Shown here piece after piece: positions 1 to 12,000 of a DNA stretch of 64,000 bases; position 1 is the first letter of the stretch; the number at the start of each line of letters is the position of its first letter. A program made the position numbers and the translations under genes. The DNA is from Eledone cirrhosa. Taxonomy: Eukaryota. Where the stretch lies: assembly GCA_964016885.1 (NCBI GenBank), contig OZ024744.1, forward strand, positions 105,400,001-105,464,000, in the 5' to 3' direction. The notes under the pieces are model-generated. The model had not been told where the DNA came from. It saw nothing but the letters and a program-made list of their open reading frames with translations, and ran no database searches.

Positions 1-3000
1 AGACTAGTCTGATCCACGGTTGTATGCCGTCTATGACTAGTCTGTGTCTTCGGTTGTATGCCGTCTATGACTAGTCTGTGTCTACAGTTGTATGCCGTCT
101 ATGACTAGACTGTGTCTACAGTTGTATGCCGTCTATGACTAGTCTGTGTCTACGGTTGTATGCCGTCTATGACTAGTCTGAGTCTACGGTTGTATGCCGT
201 CTATGACTAGTCTGTGTCTACGGTTGTATGCCGTCTATTACTAGTCTGATCCACGGTTGTATGCCGTATATGACTAGTCTGTGTGTACGGTTGTATGCAG
301 TCTATGACTAGTCTGTGTCCACGGTTGTATGCAGTCTATGATTAGTGTGATCCACGGTTGTATGCCGTCTATGACTAGTCTGATCCACGGTTGTATGCCG
401 TCTATGACTAGTCTGTGTCTACGGTTGTATGCAGTCTATGACTAGTCAGTGTCTACGGTTATATGGCGTCTATGACTAGTCTGTGTCTACAGTTGTATGC
501 CATCTATGACTAGTCTGTGTCAACAGTTGTATACCGTCTATGACTAGTCTGTGTCTACGGTTGTATGCCGTCTATGACTAGTCTGTGTGTACGGTTGTAT
601 GCCGTCTATGACTAGTCTGTGTGTACTGTTGTATGCCGTCTATGACTAGTCTGTGTGTACGGTTGTATGCCGTCTATGACTAGTCTGTGTCTACGGTTGT
701 ATGCCATCTATGACTAGTCTGTGTCTACAGTTGTATGCCATCTATGACTAGTCTGTGTCAACAGTTGTATACTGTCTATGACTAGTCTGTGTCTACGGTT
801 GTATGCCGTCTATGACTAGTCTGTGTGTACGGTTGTATGCCGTCTATGACTAGTCTGTGTGTACGGTTGTATGCCGTCTATGACTAGTCTGTGTGTACGG
901 TTGTATGCCGTCTATGACTAGTCTGAGTCTACGGTTGTATGCCGTCTATGACTAGTCTGTGTGTACGGTTCTATGCCGTCTATGACTAGTCTGTGTCTAG
1001 GGTTGTATGCAGTCTATGACTAGTCTGTGTGTACGGTTGTATGCCGTCTATGACTAGTCTGTGTATACGGTTGTATGCCGTCTATGACTAGTCTGTGTCT
1101 ACGGTTGTATGCCGTCTATGACTAGTCTGTGTCTACAGTTGTATGCCGTCTATGACTAGTCTGTGTCTACGGTTGTATGCCGTCTATGACTAGTCTGTGT
1201 CTACAGTTGTATGCCGTCACTGACTAGTCTGTGTCTACGGCTGTATGCCGTCTATGACTAGTCTGTGTCTACGGTTGTATGCCGTCTATGACTAGTCTGT
1301 GTCTACGGTTGTATGCCGTCTATGACTAGTCGGTGTCTACAGATTTATGCCGTCTCTGACTAGTCTGTGTCTACGGTTGTATGCCGTCTATGCCTGGTCT
1401 GTGTCTACGGTTGTATGCCGTCTATGACTAGTCTGTGTCTACAGTTGTATGCCGTCTATGACTAGTCTGTGTCTACGGTTGTATGCTGTCTATGACTAGT
1501 CTGTGTCTACTGCTGTATGCAGTCTATGACTAGTCTGTGTCTACGGTTGTATGCAGGCTATGACTAGTCTGTGTCTACGGTTGTATGCCGTCTATGACTA
1601 GTCTGTGTGTACGGTTGTATGCCGTCTATGACTAGTCTTTGTGTACGGTTGTATGCCGTCTATGACTAGTCTGTGTGTACGGTTGAATGCCGTCTATGAC
1701 TAGTCTGTGTCTACGGTTGTATGCCGTCTATGACTAGTCTGTGTGTACGGTTGTATGCCGTCTATGACTAGTCTGTGTCTACGGTTGTATGCCGTCTATG
1801 ACTAGTCTGTGTGTATGGTTGTATGCCGTCTATGACTAGTCTGAGTCTACGGTTGTATGCCGTCTATGACTAGTCTGTGTGTACGGTTCTATGCCGTCTA
1901 TGACTAGTCTGTGTCTAGGGTTGTATGCCGTCTATGACTAGTCTGTGTGTACGGTTGTATGCCGTCTATGACTAGTCTGTGTATACGGTTGTATGCCGTC
2001 TATGACTAGTCTGTGTCTACGGTTGTATGCCGTCTATGACTAGTCTGTGTCTACAGTTGTATGCCGTCTATGACTAGTCTGTGTCTACGGTTTTATGCCG
2101 TCTATGACTAGTCTGTGTCTACAGTTGTATGCCTTCTCTGACTAGTCTGTGTCTACGGTTGTATGCCGTCTATGACTAGTCTGTGTCTACGGTTGTATGC
2201 CGTCTATGACTAGTCGGTGTCTACAGATTTATGCCGTCTCTGACTAGTCTGTGTCTACGGTTGTATGCCGTCTATGCTTGGTCTGTGTCTACGGTTGTAT
2301 GCCGTCTATGACTAGTCTGTGTCTACAGTTGTATGCCGTCTATGACTAGTCTGTGTCTACGGTTGTATGCTGTCTATGACTAGTCTGTGTCTACTGCTGT
2401 ATGCAGTCTATGACTAGTCTGTGTCTACGGTTGTATGCAGGCTATGACTAGTCTGTGTCTACGGTTGTATGCCGTCTATGACTAGTCTGTGTGTACGGTT
2501 GTATGCCGTCTATGACTAGTCTTTGTGTACGGTTGTATGCCGTCTATGACTAGTCTGTGTGTACGGTTGAATGCCGTCTATGACTAGTCTGTGTCTACGG
2601 TTGTATGCCGTCTATGACTAGTCTGTGTGTACGGTTGTATGCCGTCTATGACTAGTCTGTGTCTACGGTTGTATGCCGTCTATGACTAGTCTGTGTGTAC
2701 GGTTGTATGCCGTCTATGACTAGTCTGTGTGTACGGTTGTATGCCGTCTATGACTAGTCTGAGTCTACGGTTGTATGCCGTCTATGACTAGTCTGTGTGT
2801 ACGGTTCTATGCCGTCTATGACTAGTCTGTGTCTAGTGTTGTATGCCGTCTATGACTAGTCTGTGTGTACGGTTGTATGCCGTCTATGACTAGTCTGTGT
2901 ATACGATTGTATGCCGTCTATGACTAGTCTGTGTCTACGGTTGTATGCCGTCTATGACTAGTCTGTGTCTACAGTTGTATGCCGTCTATGACTAGTCTGT

Positions 3001-6000
3001 GTCTACGGTTTTATGCCGTCTATGACTAGTCTGTGTCTACAGTTGTATGCCTTCTCTGACTAGTCTGTGTCTACGGTTGTATGCCGTCTATGACTAGTCT
3101 GTGTCTACGGTTGTATGCCGTCTATGACTAGTCTGTGTCTACGGTTGTATGCCGTCTATGACTAGTCTGTGTCTACAGTTGTATGCCGTCTATGGCTAGT
3201 CTGTGTCTACGGTTGTATGCCGTCTATGACTAGTCTGTGTCTACAGTTTTATGCCGTCTCTGACTAGTCTGTGTCTACGGTTGTATGCCGTCTATGACTG
3301 GTCTGTGTCTACGGTTGTATGCCGTCTATGACTAGTCTGTGTCTACAGTTGTATGCCGTCTATGACTAGTCTGTGTCTACGGTTGTATGCCGTCTATGAC
3401 TAGTCTGTGTCTACAGTTGTATGCCGTCTCTGACTAGTCTGTGTCTACGGTTGTATGCCATCTATGACTAGTCTGTGTCTACGGTTGTATGCCGTCTATG
3501 ACTAGTCTGAGTCTACGGTTGTATGCAGTCTATGACTAGTCTGTGTCTACAGTTGTATGCCGTTTATGACTAGTCTGTGTGTACGGTTGTATGCCGTCTA
3601 TGACTAGTCTGTGTCTACAGTTGTATGCCGTCTATGACTAGTCTGTGTCTACAGTTGTATACCGTCTATGACTTGTCTATGTCTACAGTTGTATGCCGTC
3701 TATGACTAGTCTGTGTCTACGGTTGTATGCCGTCTATGACTAGTCTGTGTCTACGGTTGTATGCCGTCTATGACTAGTCTGTGTCTACGGTTGTATGCTG
3801 TCTATGACTAGTCTGTGTCTACTGCTGTATGCAGTCTATGACTAGTCTGTGTCTACGGTTGTATGCAGGCTATGACTAGTCTGTGTCTACTGTTGTATGC
3901 CGTCTATGACTAGTCTGTGTGTACGGTAGTATGCCGTCTATGACTAGTCCTTGTGTACGGTTGTATGCTGTCTATGACTAGTCTCTGTGTACGGTTGAAT
4001 GCCGTCTATGACTAGTCTGTGTCTACGGTTGTATGCCGTCTATGACTAGTCTGTGCGTACGGTTGTATGCCGTCTATGACTAGTCTGTGTCTACGGTTGT
4101 ATGCCGTCTATGACTAGTCTGATCCACGGTTGTATGCCGTCTATGACTAGTCTGATCCACTGTTGTATGCCGTCTATGACTAGTCTGTGTCTACGGTTGT
4201 ATGGCGTCTATGACTAGTCTGTGTCTACCGTTGTATGCCAACTATGACTAGTCTGTGTCTACAGTTGTATGCCATCTATGACTAGTCTGTGTCAACTGTT
4301 GTATACCGTCTATGACTAGTCTGTGTCTACGGTTGTATGCCGTCTATGACTAGTCTGTGTGTACGGTTGTATGCCGTCTATGACTAGTCTGTGTGTACGG
4401 TTGTATGCCGTCTATGACTAGTCTGTGTGTACGGTTGTATGCCGTCTATGACTAGTCTGTGTGTACGGTTGTATGCCGTCTATGACTAGTCTGAGTCTAC
4501 GGTTGTATGCCGTCTATGACTAGTCTGTGTGTACGGTTCTATGCCGTCTATGACTAGTCTGTGTCTAGGGTTGTATGCCGTCTATGACTAGTCTGTGTGT
4601 ACGGTTGTATTCCGTCTATGACTAGTCTGTGTGTACGGTTCTATGCCGTCTATGACTAGTCTGTGTCTAGGGTTGTATGCCGTCTATGACTAGTCTGTGT
4701 GTACGGTTGTATGCCGTCTATGACTAGTCTGTGTATACGGTTGTATGCCGTCTATGACTAGTCTGTGTCTACGGTTGTATGCCGTCTATGACTAGTCTGT
4801 GTCTACAGTTGTATGCCGTCTATGACTAGTCTGTGTCTACGGTTGTATGCCGTCTATGACTAGTCTGTGTCTACAGTTGTATGCCGTCTCTGACTAGTCT
4901 GTGTCTACGGTTGTATGCCGTCTATGACTAGTCTGTGTCTACGGTTGTATTCCGTCTATGACTAGTCTGTGTCTACGGTTTATGCCGTCTATGACTAGTC
5001 TGTGTCTACGGTTGTATGCCATCTATGACTAGTCTGTGTGTACGGTTGTATGCCGTCTATGACTAGTCTGTGTCTACGGTTGTATGCCGTCTATGACTAG
5101 TCTGTGTGTAATGTTGTATGCCGTCTATGACTAGTCTGTGTCTACGGTTGTATGCCGTCTATGACTAGTCTGTGTCTACGCTTGTATGCCGTCTATGACT
5201 AGAATGTGTCTACGGCTGTATGCCATCTATGACTAGTCTGTGTTTAATTTTGTATGCCGTCTATGACTAGTCTGTGTCTACGCTTGTATGCCGTCTATGA
5301 CTAGTCTGTGTGTACGGTTGTATGCCGTCTATGACTAGTCTGTGTCTACGGTTGTATGCCGTCTATGACTTGTCTGTGTCTACGGTTGTATGCCCTCTTT
5401 GACTAGTCTGTGTCTACGGTTGTATGTCGTCTATGACTAGTCTGTGTCTACTGTTGTATGCAGTCTATGACTAGTCTGTGTCTACGGTTGTATGCCGTCT
5501 ATGACTAGTCTGTGTCTACGGTTGTATGCTGTCTATGACTAGTCTGTGTCTACGGTTGTATGCCGTCTATGACTAGTCTGTGTCTACGGTTGTATGCCGT
5601 CTATGACTAGTCTGTGTCTAGGGTTGTATGCCGTCTATGTCTAGTCTGAGTCTACGGTTGTAGGCAGTCTATGACTAGTCTGTGTCTACGGTTGTATGCC
5701 GTCTATGACTAGTCTGTGTCTACGGTTGTATGCCGTCTATGACTAGTGTGTGTCTACAGTTGTATGCCGTCTATGACTAGTCTGTGTCTACAGTTGTATG
5801 CCGTCTATGACTAGTCTGTGTCTACGGTTGTATGCCGTCTATGACTAGTCTGTGTCTACGGTTGTATGCCGTCTATGACTATTCTGTGTCAACGGTTGTA
5901 TGCTGTCTATGACTAGTCTGTGTGTACGGTTGTATGCAGTCTATGACTAGTCTGTGTCTACTGTTGTATGCCGTCTGTGAGTAGTCTGTGTGTACGGTTG

Positions 6001-9000
6001 TATGCAGTCTATGACTAGTCTGTGTCTACGGTTGTATGCCGTCTATGGCTAGTCTGTGTGTACGGTTGTATGCCGTCTATGACTAGTCTGTGTCTACAGT
6101 TGTATGCCGTCTATGACTAGTCTGTGTCTACAGTTGTATGCCGTCTATGACTAGTCTGTGTCTACGGTTGTATGCCGTCTATGACTAGTCTGTGTCTACA
6201 GTTGTATGCCGTCTATGACTAGTTTGTGTCTACTGTTGTATACCGTCTATGACTAGTCTGTGTCTACGGTTGTATGCAGTCTATGACTAGTCTGTGTCTA
6301 CGGTTGTATGCCGTCTATGATTAGTCTGTGTCTACGGTTGTATGCCGTCTATGACTAGTCAGTGTCTACAGTTGTATGCCGTCTATGACTAGTCTGTGTC
6401 TTCGGTTGTATGCCGTCTATGACTAGTCTGTCTACGGTTGTATGCCGTCTATGACTAGTCTGTGTCTACAGTTGTATGCCGTCTATGACTAGTCTGTGTC
6501 TACGGTTGTATGCCGTCTATGACTATTCTGTGTCTATGGTTGAATGCCGTCTATGACTAGTCTGTGTCTACGGTTGTATGCCGTTATGACTAGTCTGATC
6601 CACGGTTGTATGCCGTCTATGACTAGTCTGATCCACTGTTGTATGCCGTCTATGACTAGTCTGTGTCTTCAGTTGTATGCCGTTTATGAGTAGTCTGTGT
6701 GTACGGTTGTATGCCGTCTATGACTAGTCTGTGTCTACGGTTGTATGCCGTCTATGACTAGTCTGTGTCTACGGTTGTATGCCGTCTATGACTAGTCTGT
6801 GTCTACGGTTGTATGCAGTCTATGACTAGTCTGTGTGTTCGGTTGTATGCCGTCTATGACTAGTCTGAATCTACGGTTGTATGCAGTCTATGACTAGTCT
6901 GTGTCTACAGTTGTATGCCGTTTATGACTAGTCTGTGTGTACGGTTGTATGCCGTCTATGACTAGTTTGTGTCTACAGTTGTATGCCGTCTATGACTAGT
7001 CTGTGTCTACAGTTGTATACCGTCTATGACTTGTCTATGTCTACAGTTGTATGCCGTCTATCACTAGTCTGTGTCTACGGTTGTATGCCGTCTATGACTA
7101 GTCTGTGTCTACGGTTGTATGCCGTCTATGACTAGTCTGTGTCTACAGTTGTATGCCGTCTATGACTAGTCTGTGTCTACGGTTGTATGCCGTCTATGAC
7201 TAGTCTGCGTCTACAGTTTTATGCCGTCTCTGACTAGTCTGTGTCTACGGTTGTATGCCGTCTATGACTGGTCTGTGTCTACGGTTGTATGCCGTCTATG
7301 ACTAGTCTGTGTCTACAGTTGTATGCCGTCTATGACTAGTCTGTGTCTACGGTTGTATGCCGTCTATGACTAGTCTGTGTCTACAGTTGTATGCCGTCTC
7401 TGACTAGTCTGTGTCTACGGTTGTATGCCATCTATGACTAGTCTGTGTCTACGGTTGTATGCCGTATATGACTAGTCTGTGTCTACGGTTGTATGCCGTC
7501 TATGACTAGTCTGTGTCTACGGTTGTATGCCGTATATGACTAGTCTGTGTGTACGGTTGTATGCCATCGATGACTAGCCTGTGTGTACGGTTGTATGCCG
7601 TCTATGACTAGTCTGTGTCTACGGTTGTATGCCGTCTATGACTAATCTGTGTGTACGGTTGTATGCAGTCTATGACTAGTCTGTGTCTACGGTTGTATGC
7701 CGTCTATGACTAGTCTGTGTCTACGGTTGTATTCAGTATAAGACTAGTCTGATCCACGGTTGTATGCCGTCTATGACTAGTCTGTGTCTTCGGTTGTATG
7801 CCGTCTATGACTAGTCTGTGTCTACAGTTGTATGCCGTCTATGACTAGACTGTGTCTACAGTTGTATGCCGTCTATGACTAGTCTGTGTCTACGGTTGTA
7901 TGCCGTCTATGACTAGTCTGAGTCTACGGTTGTATGCCGTCTATGACTAGTCTGTGTCTACGGTTGTATGCCGTCTATGACTAGTCTGATCCACGGTTGT
8001 ATGCCGTATATGACTAGTCTGTGTGTACGGTTGTATGCAGTCTATGACTAGTCTGTTTCCACGGTTGTATGCAGTCTATGACTAGTGTGATCCACGGTTG
8101 TATGCCGTCTATGACTAGTCTGATCCACGGTTGTATGCCGTCTATGACTAGTCTGTGTCTACGGTTGTATGCAGTCTATGACTAGTCAGTGTCTACGGTT
8201 GTATGGCGTCTATGACTAGTCTGTGTCTACAGTTGTATGCCATCTATGACTAGTCTGTGTCAACAGTTGTATACCGTCTATGACTAGTCTGTGTCTACGG
8301 TTGTATGCCGTCTATGACTAGTCTGTGTGTACGGTTGTATGCCGTCTATGACTAGTCTGTGTGTACTGTTGTATGCCGTCTATGACTAGTCTGTGTGTAC
8401 GGTTGTATGCCGTCTATGACTAGTCGGTGTCTACGGTTGTATGCCATCTATGACTAGTCTGTGTCTACAGTTGTATGCCATCTATGACTAGTCTGTGTCA
8501 ACAGTTGTATACTGTCTATGACTAGTCTGTGTCTACGGTTGTATGCCGTCTATGACTAGTCTGTGTGTACGGTTGTATGCCGTCTATGACTAGTCTGTGT
8601 GTACGGTTGTATGCCGTCTATGACTAGTCTGTGTGTACGGTTGTATGCCGTCTATGACTAGTCTGAGTCTACGGTTGTATGCCGTCTATGACTAGACTGT
8701 GTGTACGGTTCTATGCCGTCTATGACTAGTCTGTGTCTAGGGTTGTATGCAGTCTATGACTAGTCTGTGTGTACGGTTGTATGCCGTCTATGACTAGTCT
8801 GTGTATACGGTTGTATGCCGTCTATGACTAGTCTGTGTCTACGGTTGTATGCCGTCTATGACTAGTCTGTGTCTACAGTTGTATGCCGTCTATGACTAGT
8901 CTGTGTCTACGGTTGTATGCCGTCTATGACTAGTCTGTGTCTACAGTTGTATGCCGTCACTGACTAGTCTGTGTCTACGGTTGTATGCCGTCTATGACTA

Positions 9001-12000
9001 GTCTGTGTCTACGGTTGTATGCCGTCTATGACTAGTCTGTGTCTACGGTTGTATGCCGTCTATGACTAGTCGGTGTCTACAGATTTATGCCGTCTCTGAC
9101 TAGTCTGTGTCTACGGTTGTATGCCGTCTATGCCTGGTCTGTGTCTACGGTTGTATGCCGTCTATGACTAGTCTGTGTCTACAGTTGTATGCCGTCTATG
9201 ACTAGTCTGTGTCTACGGTTGTATGCTGTCTATGACTAGTCTGTGTCTACTGCTGTATGCAGTCTATGACTAGTCTGTGTCTACGGTTGTATGCAGGCTA
9301 TGACTAGTCTGTGTCTACGGTTGTATGCCGTCTATGACTAGTCTGTGTGTACGGTTGTATGCCGTCTATGACTAGTCTTTGTGTACGGTTGTATGCCGTC
9401 TATGACTAGTCTGTGTGTACGGTTGAATGCCGTCTATGACTAGTCTGTGTCTACGGTTGTATGCCGTCTATGACTAGTCTGTGTGTACGGTTGTATGCCG
9501 TCTATGACTAGTCTGTGTCTACGGTTGTATGCCGTCTATGACTAGTCTGTGTGTATGGTTGTATGCCGTCTATGACTAGTCTGAGTCTACGGTTGTATGC
9601 CGTCTATGACTAGTCTGTGTGTACGGTTCTATGCCGTCTATGACTAGTCTGTGTCTAGGGTTGTATGCCGTCTATGACTAGTCTGTGTGTACGGTTGTAT
9701 GCCGTCTATGACTAGTCTGTGTATACGGTTGTATGCCGTCTATGACTAGTCTGTGTCTACGGTTGTATGCCGTCTATGACTAGTCTGTGTCTACAGTTGT
9801 ATGCCGTCTATGACTAGTCTGTGTCTACGGTTTTATGCCGTCTATGACTAGTCTGTGTCTACAGTTGTATGCCTTTTCTGACTAGTCTGTGTCTACGGTT
9901 GTATGCCGTCTATGACTAGTCTGTGTCTACGGTTGTATGCCGTCTATGACTAGTCGGTGTCTACAGATTTATGCCGTCTCTGACTAGTCTGTGTCTACGG
10001 TTGTATGCCGTCTATGCCTGGTCTGTGTCTACGGTTGTATGCCGTCTATGACTAGTCTGTGTCTACAGTTGTATGCCGTCTATGACTAGTCTGTGTCTAC
10101 GGTTGTATGCTGTCTATGACTAGTCTGTGTCTACTGCTGTATGCAGTCTATGACTAGTCTGTGTCTACGGTTGTATGCAGGCTATGACTAGTCTGTGTCT
10201 ACGGTTGTATGCCGTCTATGACTAGTCTGTGTGTACGGTTGTATGCCGTCTATGACTAGTCTTTGTGTACGGTTGTATGCCGTCTATGACTAGTCTGTGT
10301 GTACGGTTGAATGCCGTCTATGACTAGTCTGTGTCTACGGTTGTATGCCGTCTATGACTAGTCTGTGTGTACGGTTGTATGCCGTCTATGACTAGTCTGT
10401 GTCTACGGTTGTATGCCGTCTATGACTAGTCTGTGTGTACGGTTGTATGCCGTCTATGACTAGTCTGTGTGTACGGTTGTATGCCGTCTATGACTAGTCT
10501 GAGTCTACGGTTGTATGCCGTCTATGACTAGTCTGTGTGTACGGTTCTATGCCGTCTATGACTAGTCTGTGTCTAGTGTTGTATGCCGTCTATGACTAGT
10601 CTGTGTGTACGGTTGTATGCCGTCTATGACTAGTCTGTGTATACGATTGTATGCCGTCTATGACTAGTCTGTGTCTACGGTTGTATGCCGTCTATGACTA
10701 GTCTGTGTCTACAGTTGTATGCCGTCTATGACTAGTCTGTGTCTACGGTTTTATGCCGTCTATGACTAGTCTGTGTCTACAGTTGTATGCCTTCTCTGAC
10801 TAGTCTGTGTCTACGGTTGTATGCCGTCTATGACTAGTCTGTGTCTACGGTTGTATGCCGTCTATGACTAGTCTGTGTCTACGGTTGTATGCCGTCTATG
10901 ACTAGTCTGTGTCTACAGTTGTATGCCGTCTATGGCTAGTCTGTGTCTACGGTTGTATGCCGTCTATGACTAGTCTGTGTCTACAGTTTTATGCCGTCTC
11001 TGACTAGTCTGTGTCTAGGGTTGTATGCCGTCTATGACTGGTCTGTGTCTACGGTTGTATGCCGTCTATGACTAGTCTGTGTCTACAGTTGTATGCCGTC
11101 TATGACTAGTCTGTGTCTACGGTTGTATGCCGTCTATGACTAGTCTGTGTCTACAGTTGTATGCCGTCTCTGACTAGTCTGTGTCTACGGTTGTATGCCA
11201 TCTATGACTAGTCTGTGTCTACGGTTGTATGCCGTCTATGACTAGTCTGAGTCTACGGTTGTATGCAGTCTATGACTAGTCTGTGTCTACAGTTGTATGC
11301 CGTTTATGACTAGTCTGTGTGTACGGTTGTATGCCGTCTATGACTAGTCTGTGTCTACAGTTGTATGCCGTCTATGACTAGTCTGTGTCTACAGTTGTAT
11401 ACCGTCTATGACTTGTCTATGTCTACAGTTGTATGCCGTCTATGACTAGTCTGTGTCTACGGTTGTATGCCGTCTATGACTAGTCTGTGTCTACGGTTGT
11501 ATGCCGTCTATGACTAGTCTGTGTCTACTGCTGTATGCAGTCTATGACTAGTCTGTGTCTACGGTTGTATGCAGGCTATGACTAGTCTGTGTCTACTGTT
11601 GTATGCCGTCTATGACTAGTCTGTGTGTACGGTTGTATGCCGTCTATGACTAGTCCTTGTGTACGGTTGTATGCCGTCTATGACTAGTCTCTGTGTACGG
11701 TTGAATGCCGTCTATGACTAGTCTGTGTCTACGGTTGTATGCCGTCTATGACTAGTCTGTGTGTACGGTTGTATGCCGTCTATGACTAGTCTGTGTCTAC
11801 GGTTGTATGCCGTCTATGACTAGTCTGATCCACGGTTGTATGCCGTCTATGACTAGTCTGATCCATTGTTGTATGCCGTCTATGACTAGTCTGTGTCTAC
11901 GGTTGTATGGCGTCTATGACTAGTCTGTGTCTACCGTTGTATGCCAACTATGACTAGTCTGTGTCTACAGTTGTATGCCATCTATGACTAGTCTGTGTCA

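Noticed and set aside
131-164. Three GTCT motifs per monomer (Smad-binding-element core)
   Set aside because: A 4-bp motif carries too little information, and it is partly explained by the internal 17-bp duplication.
580-700. The variant GTGTACGGTTG resembles the GTGTACGGATG core of Candida-type long telomeric repeats
   Set aside because: The match is short and only to a minority variant. A 34-bp unit and at least 64 kb exceed what I know of those telomeres, and inherited variants in multi-kb duplications indicate recombinational rather than telomerase-templated synthesis.
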